From Candidatus Oxydemutatoraceae bacterium (GTDB lineage: Bacteria > Pseudomonadota > Gammaproteobacteria > Poriferisulfidales > Oxydemutatoraceae), in NCBI GenBank assembly GCA_965219575.1, contig OZ244779.1:1260769-1324768 (forward strand): a DNA stretch of 64,000 bases, given 5' to 3'. Shown here in pieces: positions 47,524 to 56,300 of the stretch. The notes below the pieces were generated by a model. That model did no database searches. It worked only from the letters and a program-made list of their open reading frames with translations, and was not told where the DNA came from. Positions within the stretch are counted from its first letter, which is position 1, and each line of letters starts with the position of its first letter. The translations under genes and the position numbers were made by a program.

Positions 47524-47551
47524 TTGCATATATGTCAGATTACACTATAAT
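47524..47551 (+). promoter_or_regulatory. Putative sigma70 promoter of the LRR/FN3 gene
   Basis: TTGCAT (47524-47529), 16 nt, TATAAT (47546-47551). Confidence 0.45.
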
Positions 47552-47574
47552 TTATTCCAGTACTCCTCAATATC

Positions 47575-50500
47575 ATGCTTAAAAATATAATAATGCGAGG
47601 TTTATTTACCTCTCGATTTATTCGGCAAGCAGTCGTTTTGTCCGTCTTGTGTTGCTTGCCGGTTATCGGTGTCGCACAATCCACTTTGGTATTCGGCACG
47701 CCGTCGATCGCACCTGCCGAACTTCGTTGGGGGGGGGATTATACACTATCGTTTCTTGCGATTAGCCAAGAACAACCCACGCAAGCGACGACGCTGACGC
47801 TCCATATAACGGAGAATGGTATCAGCAGGCGCATAGACGAAACGCCCTATGGTCTGGCAAACGAATTTTTGCCGTTGCAGAGACAGGTTTCCATACCCGC
47901 TTTAGGTATCAGAACTTCTGCTATGATCAATGCACGAGGGACGGCAGGCATCGGTCTTGTCGGAACGGTTGCTTTTAGATATTGCGACGATACGCAAACA
48001 CTCTGTACGGAGGCTTTCAATGTCGATTATCTAAGCGACACGCCGAGCCGTGATATAAACGGGAATTACCGGCTGTCCATCACAACATCGACCGTGGTAT
48101 CGGGGTCGTGTGCTGCGGTGCGTGAGCGAGAACAGCGAATTGAGATGAGCCAAGCAGGCAACACGGCAAGTTATCGTTTCACCGACGATTTCGGATTGTC
48201 GGCGATGCTTCAGGCGGCGATAAGTTCCAACACTTATGTATTCACGAGGCAATACGGCACTGCGCCGGCATTTAACGGCACGCGCACACTGATCGTACGA
48301 GCCGAGTTTAGCGACAACGATAACGGCAACGGGCGCGCGTATTGGTCATACCAACGCGCCGACGGCAACTTGTGTCGTGGCACTTACGAGGTGCAATATA
48401 GCAAGCGATCGGGGGCGATCAAAGTACGGGCGCGGGTATTTTTAGAAGGTGCGCTGAGTGGCGGTATCTCTAATATAGTTTCAGGTGCTACACCGCCTAC
48501 GCTGCCCGAGCGAGTGCAAGACACGGTGCTGTCCGAGTCGGGTGCATTATACGCATTGAGAGACGACCACACGCTATGGACGGTTAATCCGTCGGGTTCA
48601 AGACAACAACTAGTGTCCACCAGTTTTAAGGTCGGCGAGGTGGATATTCATGATTTGGTCTTTGTCGGGCGTAGCGACAGCACCGACAGGCTGTATATCG
48701 TCGATAGTTTTCTGCGTGCGGTGATTGCGGTTGATTTGACCGACGGCAGTCGCAATGTGGTTTCCGGGTGCGACATCGCCAACCGCTGTCCGTCGGGGCA
48801 ATACCGGGTGGGCGACGGTGTGCCGTTAACGCAACCGACCGATGCGGTGTTGGACGAGGCTGGCAATCGCCTGATTATCACCGATACTTATTTGAGCGCA
48901 CTTGTCGCAGTGGATTTAACGAACGGCAACCGCAGTGTGGTTTCGGGATGCACGGCAAACGATTTATGTCCTGTTGAGGAACGCAACATCGGAGACGGCA
49001 CCGTCATGCTACACCCGCAAGCGTTGAGCATCAATAGTTCTGTGACCCGTATCGTCGTCGTAGACGACCGGCTGGACGCACTGCTCGTGGTGGATGCGAC
49101 GACCGGTGAGAGAGTCATCGTTTCGGGCTGTTTGGTGCGAGCGATATGCGTGATACCGGAAAGGGGTTCCGGCCCCTCGTTCGATCAACCGATTGCAGTG
49201 GTGCTGGACGACGATGCCGGTTTGGCGTATGTTGCGGACAATGGTTTGAGGGCTGTAGTCGAGGTTGACCTTGATAACGGCAACCGCACCGTTCTATTGA
49301 GTCCGGTCACCGTCCGAGCACCGTATCATCTGATCTTAGACGCAGACACGGAGCGGGTGCTGGTCTACAGTGATGCCGACGGTTCGCTGACTGCGATTCC
49401 CCAAGCGGCGCGCACCCCGACGCAACTAACGACCTATATCAGAACCGGAAGCACCGCAACCTCGCCGCCTGCGCCGCCGCGCGATTTGATTCTTGAGGCA
49501 CGCGACGATGTCATTGCGCTCAGCTGGCGACCGGTAAATCGGGCAACCTCGTATAAGATTTATTGGAACAGCTTTGCCGATATTAATGCCGCTCAAGCGG
49601 ATCAAGTCATCTCGGATATCTACGGCACCGGCTATGTACACACCGGGCTAATCCGAGGGCAACTTTATTACTACGCGGTGAGTGCAGTCAATGAGCAGGG
49701 TGAGAGTGCCGTCAGCCCGGCGGTGAGCATAATGTTGCCGCTACCAACCGGCAACGACGAAACACCCCCGACTGCGCCGGTCATCGTGTCTGCGTATGCT
49801 TCTTCCACGACCGCCATTGCACTGGATTGGATGGCATCGACCGACGACCGCAGTGCTGCCGAGCAGATCGTCTACGAAGTGCATGTCTCCGAAAGCACCG
49901 CAACCACGATCGGCAAAGACACCGAACGGGTGATGGTGCAGGGCATCTATAGTGCCAATGTCGATGACCTCAAAACCAGCCAGACCTACTATGTGCATGT
50001 TGCCGCACTGGACGAGGCAGGCAACCGTAGCCTCTCGGAGATGATATCGATACGCACGATGTCGATGATGCCGAAATTGTCCACCCAAAACGAGGTGGTG
50101 CTGATACGGATTGATACGGAACTGAACGCCGACGGCACGATTATCGTAGACCGTCGCGACGATCTGAAAGTGGGACAAGTTGCGATCATGATGGGACAAG
50201 ACGACAGCTATCTGAGAAGGATTACCCGTATTGAAATCGTCGGTAGCGACCAAATGCTACTCTATACCGAACAGGCATCGCTGGCCGATGTATTCTCAGA
50301 CCTCAGCTTGAACATGAATGTTAGACTGGAGGATGTGGACGACGATGCGGCGATTGCGGCAGCGAAATCGGCACAAGTGCGTGCCGAGCAACGAGGCGAG
50401 CCGGCACCGCCGGCGGACACCAAACTCAGGCGGTTCTCCCCGGCACTGCGCTCGCCGATGTCGGTTCCGCCGTCCGAAGTGTGGCCGTATCAACCGATCT

Positions 50501-52833
50501 TCGAGGGCGGCGAGCAAATCCGTGAGATGCACTGGCCGGATAGCGGCTTTAGACTACGCCAGTCCGAACCGCTCAGCCAAACCGACGATCTACTCGATAG
50601 CATCAAAGATGCGGTAGGGCTACGCTCGGAGCAACAGCCGTCCGAACCGGATATTCCTGCGACTTATGAACATGAAAATATCCGCATTATCACAACAGGC
50701 TTTTTCGGTCTATTCGGCGACATCATAAAAGTTTGGTATCCGCCTTATGTGACAGCCGAAGTCAACAAGGTTGCCTCGTTTGATGTTTATGTTGAATATC
50801 CCGAGAACTTTAGCGAACGGTGTTCGGTGACCATAGACGACATCACCCAAAGAGGTACGAGCCGGGGAAGGCAGGGTGCTTCGGTGAGAGCTAAACCGGC
50901 AAGTGCCGATGCAAGGATTGTGGAACATCGTGTGCGCTGGCGAACTTACGAACGGCATAAGAGTCGCGATGAATGGAAAATGGAGCTTTTGTTCGGCTAT
51001 CCATGCGAGCGAAGTATTACGGTGCCGATTGCTGTTTCTTCCGATAAACCTGTGAATCTTTCCTTCCAAGGAGAGGTGACGATACCGATACCCTCAATAC
51101 CCGATGGCGAACAGCGATTCCATGGCGATATGGATCTGGATTTTGACCCTGAAATTAAAATCTCTTATGATCGAGAATCATCCAAACACGGAACTCTCGA
51201 GGTCGTTGTCGGTGGCGATGTAGATCTAGACATACTACTAGAAATAATTACTGCATCCGGATATACGCTAGATGGAGAAAAAGAAATAGGTAAAAAGAAA
51301 AGTTTCTATCGGCTCATATTTGTACCTACTTTGGGAATACCGATACCGGTTGTGGTTAACGGTGAGCTTGGCTTTAAGGTAAGAGGTGAGGCTGGAGTAT
51401 CGGCCGAGATGAACATTGCCCAGACATTTCAATCAACCTATAAATTAAGGGCAGGTTTTAGATACAAAAACGGTAGATTTGTGCCTATCAGCAGTGCCGA
51501 CAGTAGCAGCGAATACGAAATCACGGTTAAGACAGCAGCCGGAATGATGGTTAAGTTTTCGCTGATTCCTCAACTGGACTTGGGGCTTTACGCCTCCATT
51601 CTTACGAATGTTCAATTAATTCCTTATGTGCAGGGCAATGGCGATGTTGAGGGAATATTCGAGCGAGGGAGTGGTGTTTCTTTAGAGGCAGCTATTGACA
51701 GCAGTGATTATCGCTTCACGAGGTTGGATTCAAGTTTAGGAATTGCGTCAAACATAAATGTGGATCTTGAACCTATTCTTATCCCCTTCGCCGAATCGTA
51801 TGAATTATTTGACTTGCGTCGTGCGATTACATCGCTACCGGAAATGCAGCTGAGACAAGGTAGAAATGACGAAAATACCTATACCGTGCGGGTTACACCG
51901 GGGCAATGGTTTGGTAGGGAGAGGAACAAAATCCAACAGGGCATGTGGTCGGTTGTTCCACCCGAAGGTGCGCCTAGATTGATAAGAGTTGACGAAAACA
52001 CCGTCCGAGTGGATGACTCACAAGAGATAGAAGAAGACAAATACAAGCTACGCTATACCGGACACAGTCGATACGGTAGAGTAATTCAGCAATATCAGGA
52101 AATACCAATCGCTGTGCAACTACTGGGTGTATGCGATAGAACACCACAGGTGCGGGATGAAATCAAACAACGGGTTGACAAAGACGACTGTGCCGAGATT
52201 AGTGCGGAAGACCTCGCTACGATTACAAGAATGTTTCTTGATGAAGAGTCGATATTTCCTTCATTATCTTCTTTATTGACCGGTGATTTTAGCGGTTTAA
52301 CTAGTCTGGAGTGGTTGGATTTGGGCGACAACGAGCTAAGCACGCTCCCCGAGGGTATCTTTAGCGGTTTAACTAGTCTGGGGCGGTTGGATTTGGATGG
52401 CAACGAGCTAAGTACGCTCCCCGAGGGTATCTTTAGCGGTTTAACTAGGCTGTATGAGTTGAGTTTGGATAACAACAAGCTAAGTACGCTCCCCGAGGGT
52501 ATCTTTAGCGGTTTAACTAGGCTGGAGTGGTTGGGTTTGGGCGACAATAATCTAAGTACGCTCCCCGAGGATATTTTTAGCGGTTTAACTAGGCTGTATG
52601 AGTTGAGGTTGGATAACAACAAGCTAAGTACGCTGCCCGAGGATATCTTTAGCGGTTTAACTAGTCTGGAGTATTTGTATTTGTATGGTAACGAGCTAAG
52701 CACGCTTCCCGAGGATATCTTTAGTGGTTTAACTAGTCTGCAGTGGTTGGTTTTGAGGAACAACAATTTGGGTAACGATTACTGTACGGCTTTGAGAAAT
52801 CAGCTATCACTTAGTCGCTTTAGCTGTGATTAA
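47575..52833 (+). CDS. Secreted multidomain protein: beta-propeller-like (NHL-type) repeats, two fibronectin type III domains, unknown middle region, C-terminal leucine-rich repeats
   Basis: Signal-like N-terminus (RQAVVLSVLCCLPVIGVA-Q; start may be the Met at 47593). Repeats L.I.D..L.A..AVDL..G.R.VVSGC; FN3 motifs IALSW.PV..A.SY.IYW...GL..G..YYYAVSAVN..GES and ALDW.ASTDD...YY..VAALDEAGN; LRR cap VCDRTPQVRD..C and 24-aa LRRs. Confidence 0.85.
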   Translation: MLKNIIMRGLFTSRFIRQAVVLSVLCCLPVIGVAQSTLVFGTPSIAPAELRWGGDYTLSFLAISQEQPTQATTLTLHITENGISRRIDETPYGLANEFLPLQRQVSIPALGIRTSAMINARGTAGIGLVGTVAFRYCDDTQTLCTEAFNVDYLSDTPSRDINGNYRLSITTSTVVSGSCAAVREREQRIEMSQAGNTASYRFTDDFGLSAMLQAAISSNTYVFTRQYGTAPAFNGTRTLIVRAEFSDNDNGNGRAYWSYQRADGNLCRGTYEVQYSKRSGAIKVRARVFLEGALSGGISNIVSGATPPTLPERVQDTVLSESGALYALRDDHTLWTVNPSGSRQQLVSTSFKVGEVDIHDLVFVGRSDSTDRLYIVDSFLRAVIAVDLTDGSRNVVSGCDIANRCPSGQYRVGDGVPLTQPTDAVLDEAGNRLIITDTYLSALVAVDLTNGNRSVVSGCTANDLCPVEERNIGDGTVMLHPQALSINSSVTRIVVVDDRLDALLVVDATTGERVIVSGCLVRAICVIPERGSGPSFDQPIAVVLDDDAGLAYVADNGLRAVVEVDLDNGNRTVLLSPVTVRAPYHLILDADTERVLVYSDADGSLTAIPQAARTPTQLTTYIRTGSTATSPPAPPRDLILEARDDVIALSWRPVNRATSYKIYWNSFADINAAQADQVISDIYGTGYVHTGLIRGQLYYYAVSAVNEQGESAVSPAVSIMLPLPTGNDETPPTAPVIVSAYASSTTAIALDWMASTDDRSAAEQIVYEVHVSESTATTIGKDTERVMVQGIYSANVDDLKTSQTYYVHVAALDEAGNRSLSEMISIRTMSMMPKLSTQNEVVLIRIDTELNADGTIIVDRRDDLKVGQVAIMMGQDDSYLRRITRIEIVGSDQMLLYTEQASLADVFSDLSLNMNVRLEDVDDDAAIAAAKSAQVRAEQRGEPAPPADTKLRRFSPALRSPMSVPPSEVWPYQPIFEGGEQIREMHWPDSGFRLRQSEPLSQTDDLLDSIKDAVGLRSEQQPSEPDIPATYEHENIRIITTGFFGLFGDIIKVWYPPYVTAEVNKVASFDVYVEYPENFSERCSVTIDDITQRGTSRGRQGASVRAKPASADARIVEHRVRWRTYERHKSRDEWKMELLFGYPCERSITVPIAVSSDKPVNLSFQGEVTIPIPSIPDGEQRFHGDMDLDFDPEIKISYDRESSKHGTLEVVVGGDVDLDILLEIITASGYTLDGEKEIGKKKSFYRLIFVPTLGIPIPVVVNGELGFKVRGEAGVSAEMNIAQTFQSTYKLRAGFRYKNGRFVPISSADSSSEYEITVKTAAGMMVKFSLIPQLDLGLYASILTNVQLIPYVQGNGDVEGIFERGSGVSLEAAIDSSDYRFTRLDSSLGIASNINVDLEPILIPFAESYELFDLRRAITSLPEMQLRQGRNDENTYTVRVTPGQWFGRERNKIQQGMWSVVPPEGAPRLIRVDENTVRVDDSQEIEEDKYKLRYTGHSRYGRVIQQYQEIPIAVQLLGVCDRTPQVRDEIKQRVDKDDCAEISAEDLATITRMFLDEESIFPSLSSLLTGDFSGLTSLEWLDLGDNELSTLPEGIFSGLTSLGRLDLDGNELSTLPEGIFSGLTRLYELSLDNNKLSTLPEGIFSGLTRLEWLGLGDNNLSTLPEDIFSGLTRLYELRLDNNKLSTLPEDIFSGLTSLEYLYLYGNELSTLPEDIFSGLTSLQWLVLRNNNLGNDYCTALRNQLSLSRFSCD
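52288..52770 (+). repeat. Seven 72-bp tandem repeats encoding 24-aa LRRs
   Basis: TTTAG[C/T]GGTTTAACTAG at 52288, 52360, 52432, 52504, 52576, 52648 and 52720. Confidence 0.95.
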
Positions 52834-52835
52834 TT

Positions 52836-52852
52836 CCCCTCCTTCGGAGGGG
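52836..52852 (+). terminator. GC-rich hairpin immediately after the LRR gene stop (possible terminator or mRNA-stabilising stem)
   Basis: CCCCTCC-TTC-GGAGGGG (cUUCGg loop); no U-tract, so termination is uncertain. Confidence 0.4.
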
Positions 52853-52913
52853 TGGCCTATGCATTTTGCAATGCATGCGTTTAGCAGTCATAATGAGGTT
52901 CTGAACAAAGTCA

Positions 52914-52942
52914 CGCCGATTGACCTACCGGTTCAATCGGCG
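52914..52942 (+). repeat. GCCGATTGA-N9-TCAATCGGC hairpin repeat
   Basis: CGCCGATTGA-CCTACCGGT-TCAATCGGCG followed by GTTTTATT; other copies at 44550, 47393, 53269 and 45771. Confidence 0.8.
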
Positions 52943-52975
52943 GTTTTATTGAGCCTGACGGGGTGATCGCTAAGA

Positions 52976-53184
52976 GGGGCTGTTGAAAAAGTGCGGCATC
53001 GTACGAATCCAATCACTTGCGCCATTTGGTTTTGGTTTCCATAAATTGGATGGATGAATGTATAAATCGTGTAAGCACAACGCGTTACGGGCGGACATGC
53101 TAGTCCGCCCCTATGGGTGGTTTGCAAATATTCACGGTGCAAGCGGTTGGATTTTTGCGCTAACAATACTTTTTCAACAATCGC
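52976..53184. mobile_element. MITE copy 4 (shorter, single REP, degenerate right TIR)
   Basis: GGGGCTGTTGAAAAAG at 52976 and TTTTTCAACA at 53170-53179. Internal sequence is shared with copy 1; REP GGGCGGACATGCTAGTCCGCCCCTAT at 53089-53114. Confidence 0.75.
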
Positions 53185-53268
53185 TAAGGGTCTGTACAGT
53201 TGCAGTGTCGGTACATTCCTCTGAAAGGGGCAGGCGAATCCAATATATTATGGTTTTGCAAAGGGTTA

Positions 53269-53297
53269 CGCCGATTGACCTAGCGGCTCAATCGGCG
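53269..53297 (+). repeat. GCCGATTGA-N9-TCAATCGGC hairpin repeat
   Basis: CGCCGATTGA-CCTAGCGGC-TCAATCGGCG followed by GTTTTAT. Confidence 0.8.
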
Positions 53298-53336
53298 GTT
53301 TTATGGCGGTAATGTCGCTTTTTCAACCGTGCCGAA

Positions 53337-53347
53337 TATGCTAAAAT
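53337..53347 (+). promoter_or_regulatory. Putative extended -10 promoter of paralog 4
   Basis: TATG-C-TAAAAT, homologous to 26513-26523. Confidence 0.5.
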
Positions 53348-53393
53348 AGAAATATATTTTGAAGAGAATGCTATGTATGGGGGGGAGCGTAGT

Positions 53394-56300
53394 ATGGGGG
53401 GATCGGCAAGATTTCTACTACTGTTAATCACGGTATTATGGGTATCGGTATCGGCACAGGATGTCTTTGAATGCAACTATGCAACCGATGTAGATCAAGA
53501 CGAAGACGGGTTGATAGAGCTATGCGATTTGGATGCACTCGATGCGGTTCGCTATCAGCTCGACGGCAGCGGTTATAGAGAAAGTTTCGATGCAGTCAAA
53601 ATAACCGCCGGGTGTCCTCGAAGCGGTTGCAACGGCTACGAGTTGCGTAGAGATTTGGACTTCAATTCCGACGATAGCTATCGCGATCTCGCCAACAAAG
53701 CAGCATGGACGAGCGGTTCGGGTTGGTTGCCTATAGGCGATCGGCTGGATTTCTTTACCGCAAGGTTCGAAGGCAACGGTCATACGATAGCCAATCTTTA
53801 CATCAACAGGCTGTCGGATTATGTCGGTTTATTCAGGGCAACGGCAAAACCGGCCAAAATAAGCGACCTGGTATTGTCGCAAATAAACATCACAGGGAAT
53901 TCATACATCGGTGGTTTGGCGGGTCATAACGCCGGCAGTGTCGCTTATGTCGGTGTCGAGGGCGGTCGCCTAATCGCTACGGGCAACACCGTAGGCGGGT
54001 TGTTCGGTGCCAATGCCGGGACGATACTCAACGGCGATGTCATACTCGAGCATTTAGAGAGTCGCGGGCATAGTCTCGGCGGTCTGGTAGGTTATAACGA
54101 AGGGCATATCAGGCATAGCGTTGCCGATACCGGTTTATTCGGTGTCAGCCAAGTCGGCGGTCTGGTTGGTCTCAATGCTCGCGGTGTGCTGACCGACAGT
54201 CGCTCCGACGGCACTGCGAATGGGAGCGATTATATCGGTGGTTTGGTCGGTCTCAATCGTGCCCGGATTAGTGCGAGCTATGCGATCGGCAAAGTGATAA
54301 GCGACGGTTCGTATAGCGGTGGCTTGGTCGGTGCCAATGACCGTGGCGGTAGAATTGCCGATAGTCGGGCGAGCGGTGCGGTTTCGGGTAATCTCTATGC
54401 AGGCGGTCTGGTCGGTTGGAATAAGGACAGTGAAATCACCAATAGTTTTGCGGTTAATCGTGTAGACGGCAATAGCGATGTAGGCGGTCTGGTCGGTTGG
54501 AACGAGGACAGTCGGATAAGCAATACTTATGCGACCGGTTCTATAACCGGTGTGGATAGAGTCGGTGGTTTGGTCGGCAGTAATAAGGGCATCGTCTCCG
54601 ACAGTTTTGCAAACGGGCAAGTTGTTGCAAGCGGGATGCATGCCGGTGGTTTGATCGGCTGGAATTACGCGTATCAGACTAGAGATGCCGTAGCAGTGCG
54701 TGTGACACACAGCTATTGGAATAGCAAAACTGTCGGGATATCGCTCAGTGCCGGTGGCAGTCCTCGCACTACCGAACAGCTAAAATCATCGACCGCTCCC
54801 GGTCTACTCGGTGAGACCTTCGAGAGATGGGATGTTGCCGATTGGGATTTCGGCACCGGCGAACAATACCCGATACTCAGATACAGCGAGGGTTTTAATG
54901 AAGGACATCTGCTACCGGGTCAACACATCGTGTTGTCGGGTTTGCTCGTATTGGACGGTTTGACCTTATCTCCTGCGTTCGATCCACAGACTTTTAATTA
55001 TCGTGTTCACCTAAGCGACGACAGCTTAAGACAAATAAGGTTCAGCCTTACGATAGCGAATAGCACGCAAACGATTAGTGTTCTTAAAGACGAGAGAGTC
55101 GGTTTGCCGTCGGTTCACAACGGCGAGACGGTAACGGTCAATTTGAATGGTGTTCCCGAGCCTACCTTGGTGACGATAGCGAGGCACTATCGGGTATGGA
55201 TCGTGCATCACACTCGCTTGCGAGCTGTAATCGGTAGCAACCGCTCGGATTATAGGCTAAGCGAAGGACAAGACATTAGGTTCGATGTTTCAACCTCCGA
55301 ACCGGATTTACGGCGGCTACGCTATCGCTGGAGTCAGGTCTCACCGCCACAACCCGATTTATTAAAAGACTCGGACACCGGCCTAGCCGAGTTGAACATC
55401 AACATACCCGACGATTTTGTAGCCCGAGGTGCCGACGAGACCTCGGCCGTGTTGCAAGTGGAAGTGCGTGCCGGTCGGACGACCGTAGTTCGCAACACGA
55501 CGATGACGGTCGTCAAAAAAAATAACGGTAGTATAAGTGTCTTAGCTGCGCCGATTTATCGACAAGGCACTTTAACGACGGCGGATATCGGCGAAGCCGA
55601 TCTATCTATGGAGTCCGACGGCGGTGTGCATCCCAACAGCTTTAGTTATCAATGGCAGTACAAGCTACCGTTTGACTCCGGGCTATGGAGAGACATTGAA
55701 GATGCGATACAAATGCGTTATGAGATACCGACGGTGTTGTCGGCAATCAATAACATCGGCTATCGTGTATCGCTGGATTATCGCGATAATCAAGGTTATC
55801 GTCATCGTATCGTATCCGAGCCGATATCGGTTATGAAGTCCTTAGTAGATGACGGTTTTACCAATATTTATCATCTGGAGGATTTGAATGCGATACGCAA
55901 TCGATTAAACGGTAAATACAAACTGATGCGGGATTTGGATTTCAATTCGGATGCAAGCTACCGCGACCCGATCAATAAAGCGAAATGGACGGTAGCCGAT
56001 TACGAGAACGATGCGGATACCGGCTGGTTGCCTATAGGAAAATCCGTCAATGCATATTGCAAAAATAGCGGTAGTAGCTGCTTTACCGGTACCTTCGAAG
56101 GCAACGGTTATACGATATTCAATTTACAAATCAACAGAGACACTGCCGACTATCAAGGTTTATTCGGTGCCGTGGGACCTGCTGCTACCATAAGAAATAT
56201 AGGCTTGCCCAATGTAAAGATAGAGGGAAATCAATACATCGGTGGACTCGTAGGTGTGAGTGAAGGTACTATCGTTGCCGGTTATGCGATCGGTGAGTTT

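Noticed and set aside
52095-52766. 223-aa repetitive antisense ORF
   Set aside because: Mirror of the 72-bp LRR repeats on the + strand.
52288-52770. CRISPR array (constant and variable alternation)
   Set aside because: The 72-bp period is in frame and encodes canonical LRRs; the variable parts are related to each other; no cas genes.
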